Origin: Stramenopiles sp. TOSAG23-2
Taxonomy: Eukaryota
NCBI GenBank assembly: GCA_900128395.1
Contig: LT649234.1
Location: 1 to 64,000 of the forward strand
Direction of reading: 5' to 3'
DNA: 64,000 bases
Shown here piece after piece: positions 11,767-20,216 of the stretch. The position numbers and the translations under genes are program-made. The notes beneath the pieces were generated by a model that saw only the letters and a program-made list of their open reading frames with translations, was not told the origin of the DNA and ran no database searches. Every line of letters begins with the position of its first letter. Position 1 is the first letter of the stretch.

Positions 11767-13905
11767 TCACACAGTATTAAATTCACCTTGCATTAATTGT
11801 ATTTTATTACCACGACTACATGCAATTAAACTACCCCATATATTATTTGTACCGACACATTCTACGTTACCAATATCAACACTACCTTTACTTTCTAAAA
11901 CACCTGTTTCAAAATTAAAAATACTCAACGTATCCGTCTTTGCACCATTTGTTAATATATTTTTACCATTAGCAACAAAACACGGATGATAAATACTACC
12001 ACGTTGATTATCATATATATGCGAATGTCCTTTCAATTGTTTCACGGGATTTTGAAATTTTCTTAAATCCCAAACATTTATAGTATTACCAAAATCTGCA
12101 CTAATTAATGAATGTTCTTCTGTTGGATGCCATGAAATACTATTTATTGCATAATGATGGGCATTATCATCACTTTGTGTAGTTAATCCTTTTTCAACGC
12201 GTATATCATAGATGAATATGGTGGAATCATTTCCACCAGATGCAATTATATTATCATCACGAAACGAAGTAGATTTTACAACACCAGTGTGAAAACAATA
12301 TTCATGTAATGGAAGAATACCTTTTCCTTCCTCATGAATTTTGGACACAACAACACTTTTATCTTTTGATCCAGTCACAATTTTACCATTTCGCTCATGA
12401 GCACAAAAAATACCATTATTATGCAAATTATTATTTGTCGCTAAAATTTTTGGACGTATATCTTTTTTACGCTCTGTATTTAATTGTTTTGTCATATCCC
12501 ACAATGTCAAGACAGCATCGTTACTTGCTGTCATCAAAACGTGTTTCTTGTTGGAATTGATACTATTTATTAATTGAACAGTAGAAATCCATCCTGAATG
12601 AGCTTTAAAACTCATTAATGGTTCTATGAAATCATATTCATCTTCATCTTCTTCATATGTACGTACTATATCATGTATGCCAAATGCAGAAACCATTCCA
12701 CCGTGTCCACCAGCTATGAATACATCTGGTTGCTCCACTTGTTGGAATGATATTGAATAGATTTTCTTTAATTTTGGATCAGAGAAATATTTATCATTGT
12801 TTCCAACATTTTTTAAACGTTTTAATGTTGTTGTATTATTAAATGTACTGGTTGATGGTAATGCAACTTTTTCCACTCTTACTTTGTTTTTATTATTGTT
12901 ATTATCATTTCCATTCTGATCATCGTCATAACATGAATATGCAAATATATTCGAAATATCAAATGGTAATTCTTCTTCTTTTGGTTCTTCAATAACACGT
13001 GAGCTAGAAGATCCATAGCTATTATTGTTACTATTACTACTTTCCACATTTTTTTCTAAATCATTTTCATTATATGATATATTTTGTTGTTGTTGACGTC
13101 TTGAACGACGAACTGGTCTAGTAGATACCAGTTTTTGATTCGTTTGCTTACGTTTCTTTTTTGTCGATTTCAATTTTACCTTCTTTTTCTTCAAAGTATT
13201 TGAAATCGCTGCTTTCGCTTTACCAAGGCCCAAACTTTCCAAAATACGCTTGTTTCGTTCAATATTTTCTAATCGACGTTGTTCATATAATGATAAACCA
13301 GTAACAGCATCATATTGAATATTGTTTTCTTCCACTTTATCTACTTCTTTTTTTTGAGGTGCTGCCTCAAAAGCAGAATCATTTTTCTTCTTCGTTTCGT
13401 CCTTTTTTTCCCCATCAACTGTGATGGTATTTAAATTATTGTTTTTATAATTGCTATTATTATCATTATTATCTTTGTTATTTAGCATTGTGGTTGTCGA
13501 TGATGCAGATGGTGATGATACAAGTTCATTGTTATTATTATTACTATTATTATTTTTATACATATTAAAAGATACTTTTGCTGTAGTTTCATTAATTCCA
13601 ACATCACTGAGTTTCTTCTTTTTATTTTGTTTATTCTGTTGCTTTGGTATTTTTCTGGTAGTTGTTTTCTTTTCTGCCTCTACAAAAATGGTATTATTCT
13701 TGCTTTGAATACTATCGCTTTCACAAGTTTTTCTTTTCTTCTTTTCATTATTATTTGATGGTGTCTTGTTATTATTATCGTTTCCTTTTTTTTCCTTCTT
13801 CTTATTTGTCGCAGAATTTGTTTTTGATGATGTGGAAGAAGTTGTTTTTTTTGATTTTGAGAAAAATGAAAATAACGATGCTTGTTTTTTTTTCTTGCTT
13901 TCCAT
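11767..13905 (-). CDS. WD40-repeat protein, WDR76/Cmr1-like, with N-terminal PIP box
   Basis: KQASLFSFF (QxxLxxFF PIP consensus), LSLYEQRRLENIERNKRILESLGL helix, and several WD repeats in the C-terminal half. Confidence 0.75.
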   Translation of the reverse strand: MESKKKKQASLFSFFSKSKKTTSSTSSKTNSATNKKKEKKGNDNNNKTPSNNNEKKKRKTCESDSIQSKNNTIFVEAEKKTTTRKIPKQQNKQNKKKKLSDVGINETTAKVSFNMYKNNNSNNNNNELVSSPSASSTTTMLNNKDNNDNNSNYKNNNLNTITVDGEKKDETKKKNDSAFEAAPQKKEVDKVEENNIQYDAVTGLSLYEQRRLENIERNKRILESLGLGKAKAAISNTLKKKKVKLKSTKKKRKQTNQKLVSTRPVRRSRRQQQQNISYNENDLEKNVESSNSNNNSYGSSSSRVIEEPKEEELPFDISNIFAYSCYDDDQNGNDNNNNKNKVRVEKVALPSTSTFNNTTTLKRLKNVGNNDKYFSDPKLKKIYSISFQQVEQPDVFIAGGHGGMVSAFGIHDIVRTYEEDEDEYDFIEPLMSFKAHSGWISTVQLINSINSNKKHVLMTASNDAVLTLWDMTKQLNTERKKDIRPKILATNNNLHNNGIFCAHERNGKIVTGSKDKSVVVSKIHEEGKGILPLHEYCFHTGVVKSTSFRDDNIIASGGNDSTIFIYDIRVEKGLTTQSDDNAHHYAINSISWHPTEEHSLISADFGNTINVWDLRKFQNPVKQLKGHSHIYDNQRGSIYHPCFVANGKNILTNGAKTDTLSIFNFETGVLESKGSVDIGNVECVGTNNIWGSLIACSRGNKIQLMQGEFNTV

Positions 13906-14151
13906 AATATTTGATATATATATATATATATATGATTTATTGAATTATAATAATAATATTTTTGGATTCTTTTTATTCTAGATTTTTATATATCTTGTTT
14001 CATGACTACTACCAGATAAACACATATAATATATATATTTGAAATTTGAAATTATTTGTTTTTGTTTTTATACTTTACAGGTTAAGGTAACTTTGTCCTC
14101 GGATCTTCTTTCTATTATCATTTAGTACATATTTTAGTATAGTTAAGATTT

Positions 14152-15285
14152 TTAATTTACCCTGGTTAACCCCTTAAAATGATTGAAATTTTTAAATTCT
14201 TCCATATTTTCCTTCTTAACTTGAGCCGACATCTGTCCTTCTTCGTGAAATTTTATAGGATTAAAATACTTCGGTCTCCACTTTTCGTATAAATAGTTTT
14301 TGTGCCGTTTTTCAATACTAGACTTTTTAAACCAATCATATATTGAACCCCAAGTGGGCGAATTGCTATTCACCTCAATGCTTTCATACGATGATTTGTT
14401 GTTTGCCGCATCATACCCAACTTGAATATATTCTTTACAAAACTTGTCATACGCAGCATAATCGTCAGCACCACAGATATTTTTATGAGCACAACTAAAC
14501 GAGAACCAAGTATCGTGGCTTGAGATAAATTCTTTATTAATGTGGTATGCGTAATCCCAAAATTTTTCAATGTCTTTAGGATTTTTTTTCTCTGGCGTTT
14601 GTTGAATTGTTTCAAGGACTTGAGTAACTTGTTTTATTACTTCTATACTTTTTTTTTCAATCTCAGTGGCCTGATGATCATTGTATTTCATCCTAATCCA
14701 ATCTAACAAATCCTCGTCGGCTTTTCTAGGCAATACATCATTTTCCTCAAGACATTTTCTCGCTCGTAACTTTTTACTTCTCTTACACGGTGATTTCGTT
14801 GGCGGCAGTAAATGTAAAGTATGGATTAAAAATTCAACATTATTGATTTCAAACTTTTGAACTTGCTTTCCTTTCGGTGTCTTCAAATTTTCAAGTGTGT
14901 CGCACAACTCTTTATCTTCGCTAATATCTACACAACACCCAAAATTGCCTTCAGTTCCTGATTCCCATACACCTTTAGAACCACATTCTTCCTTAAAGTT
15001 GTTAAATAATAATTCTGCTTGATCGTGTTTTACAACATTTCCTTGATTTTGTCCATAAATATCAAAATCAATTCCAAGAATATACGATCCGTTTGGCTGG
15101 CGTCCACACTTAATTGCCCATTGTGTGCTTGTTTTGTTCAATTTGGGTAAAAATTGTTTTTTGTAATCTTCTATTGGATTTTTTTCGTCTAGTTTCCACG
15201 GTGCTGGGGTATTCTTACCACGGTTGTAAAGCAAATATTCTCCAATGGTGTTTTTGAATGGATGGTCTTGGCTAAAATCTATCAT
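14152..15285 (-). CDS. Virus-like primase-polymerase (prim-pol) + PriCT-2 domain protein, no helicase
   Basis: AIKCGRQPNG...LGIDFD (DxD), HLLPPT (cf. VVAPPS), then a PriCT-2-like stretch HDTWFSFSCAHKN...YDKFCK...YD...YESI...TWGSIYDW. Likely ATG at 15285. Confidence 0.7.
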   Translation of the reverse strand: MIDFSQDHPFKNTIGEYLLYNRGKNTPAPWKLDEKNPIEDYKKQFLPKLNKTSTQWAIKCGRQPNGSYILGIDFDIYGQNQGNVVKHDQAELLFNNFKEECGSKGVWESGTEGNFGCCVDISEDKELCDTLENLKTPKGKQVQKFEINNVEFLIHTLHLLPPTKSPCKRSKKLRARKCLEENDVLPRKADEDLLDWIRMKYNDHQATEIEKKSIEVIKQVTQVLETIQQTPEKKNPKDIEKFWDYAYHINKEFISSHDTWFSFSCAHKNICGADDYAAYDKFCKEYIQVGYDAANNKSSYESIEVNSNSPTWGSIYDWFKKSSIEKRHKNYLYEKWRPKYFNPIKFHEEGQMSAQVKKENMEEFKNFNHFKGLTRVN

Positions 15286-15354
15286 CTCTAAATAACTATT
15301 TTGATTCCTTTCTAAGTCCTTTATTATTAATATACATAAATTAAACAATGTATA

Positions 15355-15567
15355 TTAATTTGCTTCTATTGCTTTCGCCGCCGCTGCCGCCTTTTTCTTC
15401 TCCATATGCTTTCTAACATTTTTTAAGTTGTTCAATCGTCCCTTCTCTGTCTTCCTGTAACGCTTGATTCTTTCCAGATTTTTCTTTTTACGCTCCAAGT
15501 CTTTGTAATACACCTCAAGTAGCTTTTCAACTGGTATGCCTTCAATGATTATTTTTGGATCTACCAT
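15355..15567 (-). CDS. Small basic virus-like protein
   Basis: 70-aa K/R-rich helical ORF, tightly packed between two co-oriented ORFs, with AAATTGATTTAAAAA upstream. Confidence 0.6.
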   Translation of the reverse strand: MVDPKIIIEGIPVEKLLEVYYKDLERKKKNLERIKRYRKTEKGRLNNLKNVRKHMEKKKAAAAAKAIEAN

Positions 15568-15570
15568 CTT

Positions 15571-15610
15571 TTAATGTATATACATTAACATTCGTTTTTA
15601 AATCAATTTC
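15571..15610 (-). promoter_or_regulatory. Virus-type promoter candidate plus 18-bp palindrome
   Basis: Minus strand reads GAAATTGATTTAAAAA, close to the mimivirus early motif AAAATTGA. The perfect palindrome TTAATGTATATACATTAA (15571-15588) lies just before the ATG. Confidence 0.4.
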
Positions 15611-15622
15611 GTTAAATATTAA

Positions 15623-15826
15623 TTACTTCATCCCCTCAAGTAATAAAAATTGTTTTGTAAGAGGACAGTAATCAATGATTTTATATTTCTTCGGCTTTTC
15701 CTCTAAATATTTCTTGAGCTTTTGTAAATCGTTTTCTTTACATTCTTGACATACCTTCATCAACCTTGTATTCCAAATATACTTGAACGATAATAAATTT
15801 GTTTTGTCGCACAATTCGCAATCCAT
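15623..15826 (-). CDS. Small CxxC..CxxC zinc-finger protein, virus-like
   Basis: MDCELC...VCQEC; preceded by AATATATTAATAA-ATG. Confidence 0.6.
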   Translation of the reverse strand: MDCELCDKTNLLSFKYIWNTRLMKVCQECKENDLQKLKKYLEEKPKKYKIIDYCPLTKQFLLLEGMK

Positions 15827-15906
15827 TTATTAATATATTGGGTGAAATTTATTTGGTGGATCTTGCGCCCATTTTGATGGAAGAGCGATAGGTGTTGGTT
15901 GTGGGG

Positions 15907-18875
15907 TTACAACACTAAGCCATTGTACTCGCTATCAGTCAGTTGTTTCCCAGCTTTTTTCCACGCCTCTCGCATTTGATTTTTGCCTTTGTCCGTGATT
16001 TGTTTTTTGCCTAGCTGCCCTAAGGAAAGGTAGTTCAATGCGGTCATCTTGGCCAGGGCGGGCGCTAAATGCTCGCACCCTTTGTCCGTGATTTGGTTGC
16101 AGCGTAAGTCAAGCCTTTCCAATGCGGTCATCTTGGCCAGGGCGGGCGCTAAATGCTCGCAACCTTTGTCCGTGAATTTGTTGAAGTCTAAGTTAAGATA
16201 GTTCAATGCGGTCATCTTGGCCAGGGCGGGCGCTAAATGCTCGCAACCTTTGTCCGTGATTTGGTTGCCCTCTAAGTCAAGGCTCCACAATGCGGTCATC
16301 TTGGCTAGGGCGGGCGCTAAATGCTCGCAGTCCGTGATTTCGTTGCCGCTTAAGTCAAGCGTTTTTAATCGGGTCATCTTGGCCAGGGCGGGCGCTAAAT
16401 GCTCGCAACCTTTGTCCGTGATTTTGTTGAAGTCTAAGTTAAGATAGTTCAATGCGGTCATCTTGGCCAGGGCGGGCGCTAAATGCTCGCAACCTTTGTC
16501 CGTGATTTTGTTGTATTGTAAGTAATTGTTGTAATTTAAGTTAAGCTCTTTCAATGCGGTCATCTTGGCCAGGGCGGGCGCTAAATGCTCGCAACCTTTG
16601 TCCGTGAATTTGTTGAAGTCTAAGTTAAGATAGTTCAATGCGGTCATCTTGGCCAGGGCGGGCGCTAAATGCTCGCAACCTTTGTCCGTGATTTTGTTGA
16701 AGTCTAAGTTAAGATAGTTCAATGCGGTCATCTTGGCCAGGGCGGGCGCTAAATGCTCGCAACCTTTGTCCGTGATTTGGTTCTTCTCTAAGACAAGCTC
16801 TTTCAAGTTCGTCATCTTGGCCAGGGCGGGCGCTAAATGCTCGCAACCTTTGTCCGTGATTTGGTTGCTGCGTAAGGAAAGCTCTTTCAATTTAGTCATA
16901 TTGGCCAGGGCGGGCGACAAATGCTCGCAACCTTTGTCCGTGATTTTGTTTTTGTTTAAGTAAAGCGTTTTCAATGCGGTCATCTTGGCCAGGGTGGGCG
17001 ACAAATGCTCGCAACCTTTGTCCGTGATTTGGTTCTTCTCTAAGACAAGCTCTTTCAAGTTCGTCATCTTGGCCAGGGCGGGCGCTAAATGCTCGCAACC
17101 TTTGTCCGTGATTTGGTTCTTCTCTAAGACAAGCTCTTTCAAGTTCGTCATCTTGGCCAGGGCGGGCGCTAAATGCTCGCAACCTTTGTCCGTGATTTGG
17201 TTCTTCTCTAAGACAAGCTCTTTCAAGTTCGTCATCTTGGCCAGGGCGGGCTTTTCAATGCGGTCATCTTGGCCAGGGTGGGCGACAAATGCTCGCACCC
17301 TTTGTCGGTGATTTGGTTGTTGTTTAAGTAAAGCGTTTTCAATGCGGTCATCTTGGCCAGGGCGGGCGACAAATGCTCGCAACCTTTGTCCGTGATTTGG
17401 TTGCCGCTCAAGCCAAGCTCTTTCAAGTTCGTCATCTTGGCCAGGGCGGGCGCTAAATGCTCGCAACCTTTGTCCGTGATTTGGTTGCCGCTCAAGCCAA
17501 GCGTTTCCAATGCGGTATTTTTCTTTAACAGTTCCGCGACGATAAGCATATCCTCGTCGGTTAAGTTTTTACTGCTCAAGTCCCATTCTTTGCTCATATC
17601 CCAAAAAAAGAAAAAGCCAAGCTCTTTCAATGCGGTCATCTTGGCTAGGGCGGGCGATAAATGCTCGCAACATTTGTCCGTGATTTTGTTGTTGTTTAAG
17701 TAAAGCGTTTTCAATGCGGTCATCTTGGCCAGGGTGGGCGACAAATGCTCGCACCCTTTGTCCGTGATTTGGTTGCAGCGTAAGTCAAGCCTTTCCAATG
17801 CCGTCATCTTGGCCAGGGCGGGCGATAAATGCTCGCAACCTTTGTCCGTGATTTGGTTGTTGAGTAAGGAAAGCGTTTCCAATGCGGTCATCTTGGCCAG
17901 GGCGGGCGACAAATGCTCGCAACCTTCATCGTGTATGCCACACCCACTGTGAGCGCGCTCCAAATTTAGATCAATAATGGAAGTGTTGTGCTTCAACGCC
18001 GAGGCCAACGACTGGACTTGTGCTGGTATCAACTTTATCCCTATGTTTAATTCAGTGATGGTGTTGTTGGTAATCGCACGCAACGGCAACCCAGCGCCCA
18101 TCTCTATCAAGGATTTTAAATACCCGCACAGCCCCAACTTTTCTTTCCGCATTTCAAAGGCCACCTGCGCCACCCTGAACGCAATGGACAGCCCACTGAT
18201 AATCAACGATTGGATCAAGGCCGTTCCTGCTTCCTTCGTGATTCCTAAACAATTGTCTTCGTTCCCATCACAATAAAAGAAAATATACACTTGAAGAATG
18301 GTCTGTGGAAAGGATTCCAACAAACTTTCGCCCAAGGTGCGCAGTGCCTCGTATTGTGCCATAAAGGTGACCAACCCGTTCGGCAAGCACCTCTCCAACC
18401 CTTTGTAAAACGGCATCAAGATATCTAGGAACAGGGGGGAAATTGGAATCACAGGAAAAATCAATCCACAGCAGAAGAAATCACAAGCATTCCATTCTCG
18501 TTCCTTACTCAAATAGCGCATAATCCCCACGACCGCCACCACATAAGGCAATGCGATACAAATAACCATTATGTTAAACCACCCATAATGCTTAAACCGA
18601 TAGAAGGTGATACACAATATCACATCCGTATAAACGTCTAGAAAATACAGTGCCAAATTGATAGCGGCCAGGCAAAAATTGCCACACCAAAACACTTTTG
18701 GAAACTTTTGTTGGCATCCATCCACCTGCTTCCTCAAGGCACTTTTCTGCCGTCTTATATGGGAAACACGGCCTGCTGCGATATCCACCACCACTCCTCC
18801 CACCGCAACTGCCGCCATAGTATTGTTGGCCGTGTTCAAGACCGACTCCACCGATTTAACATTCTTTTGGTTCAT
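15907..18875 (-). CDS. XK-related (CED-8/Xkr-like) membrane domain fused to RI-like LRR array; frameshifted near 17251
   Basis: TM region has LYFLDVYTDV and LRTLGESLLESFPQTILQVY (XK signature). It is followed by 28-aa repeats xLxLxxNxITDKGCEHLAPALAKMTAL. ORFs 17232..18887 and 15907..17466 join across a 52-nt deletion. Confidence 0.75.
15985..17930 (-). repeat. 84-bp tandem repeat array encoding LRRs (~21 full units plus partials)
   Basis: Near-invariant GTCATCTTGGCCAGGGCGGGCGCTAAATGCTCGCAACCTTTGTCCGTGAT alternates with a variable ~30-bp segment. Confidence 0.95.
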
Positions 18876-19188
18876 TTTTTCTACCAAAATTGTTTTTTAA
18901 TCTATTTTTTTCTTGGATCGTTAAATTTAATTTTGCTTTTTGATTTTATTTTTGCTTTTTTGCGTTTGCGGTCAAAAGGCAGGGGCGAAATAATGACAAA
19001 GAAAATCAACCACAATAGGTAGGGGTTTTATCCAAAATTGGATGGGTGTGAAGGAAAAGTGTTTTGTTTTGTTGCGCGTTGATGTGCGTATGTGCGTATG
19101 TGCGTTTCAATATTGTGGCAATTAAAAAATATTGAACTTGCCTTGAGCTAATAATAACAAAAAAATATCTAAAAAAGACATTTTAGAA

Positions 19189-19550
19189 TAGCAGGGTCAC
19201 AGCATTGGCTAACAATAGAAATGCGTATATGAATTTCTTGAAAATCACAACACTTTTTCCCATACTAATCGCCTGCTAACGACTGATGTTAGAGAAAATC
19301 ACTAGCCACCATAGCGATAGCATTACCAAATGGCTTTTCGCTTCATTTTGCCTATTTTTATACTTAGACACTACCAAAAACACCCATTTTGATAGGGCAA
19401 ATAATGACCATATCTTCTACTTGAGATGCGATAACACTAGCTTGAATACCGCCTATCACAAAATGCTTTATGATTATTCACAAAATCACTACTATGTTTA
19501 CTGATTATAGAAAAAATCACTAAATCCATCTACCTGCTATGACCCTGCTA
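19189..19550. mobile_element. Putative non-autonomous TIR element (16-bp TIR) with AAAATCAC repeats
   Basis: TAGCAGGGTCACAGCA (19189-19204) versus TGCTATGACCCTGCTA (19535-19550) is a 15/16 inverted match. AAAATCAC occurs at 19241, 19295, 19482 and 19513. Confidence 0.5.
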
Positions 19551-20216
19551 AAAATACGAGATTAGTGATTTTCGTCCAAATCACTAACCCTCTTATGATT
19601 TTTGATAAAATCATTAAAAAATCTTGATCTTATACCAATTCTTATACTTGACATCTCCCTACATACCTGGTGGCTCTCAAGTTTTCGGTAACAAAAATCA
19701 CTTACATTGTTCAAGATAGATAGCTTGATTTAATTGCCATCGCTCAAAAAGGGGGAGGGGGGGGAGGGTGCGGGGAGGGTATTATGGTTTGTGGGGAGTT
19801 TAGCCTCCCCCTCCCTTTCCCTTACCATATACCATCACAAATATATGAATTACTTGATAATTTGTTACCATAAGAAAAATGAAAAAGGGGGAGGCTAGAA
19901 AAAATAGATTTCTAGAAAGTTCAAAATTATTTTCAACTTAAATAAGTTTAGTATTTACCCCTCCCTTTTCCTCCTTTCCCTCCCCCCCTTTTTTGGAAGG
20001 GGTATTAACATTCAACAACTATCGGGGTGAAGTGTGACCATATACCAAGCGCGGATGAAATATTTATTAACGATTTATTAACAGAATGTAGTGTAATTCA
20101 TTAACTAACTGATATAGATCGTTTATGAGCTAACACTATTTCAACTACTTATTAGAATACGAATCGGCATCCCTATACCAGATATTCTAGACCCGAGTAT
20201 ATGAGATGTAATATTT

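Noticed and set aside
17253-17466. N-terminus (MRAFSARPGQDDE...) of listed ORF 15907..17466, and ORF 16892..17182
   Set aside because: These are alternative-frame readings of the LRR repeat; the real LRR frame here belongs to the upstream ORF.
15985-17930. CRISPR-like repeat/spacer look of the 84-bp array
   Set aside because: Units are in-frame LRR codons, the 'spacers' are homologous and recur, and no cas genes are present.
20050-20115. C/D snoRNA-like GGATGAA...CTGA
   Set aside because: The C box is imperfect and there is no terminal stem or recognisable guide.
14010-20184. TACCAGATA at 14010 and 20176 as a target-site duplication for the island
   Set aside because: TACCAG-type words are common in this window's intergenic DNA, and no matching terminal inverted repeats lie next to them.
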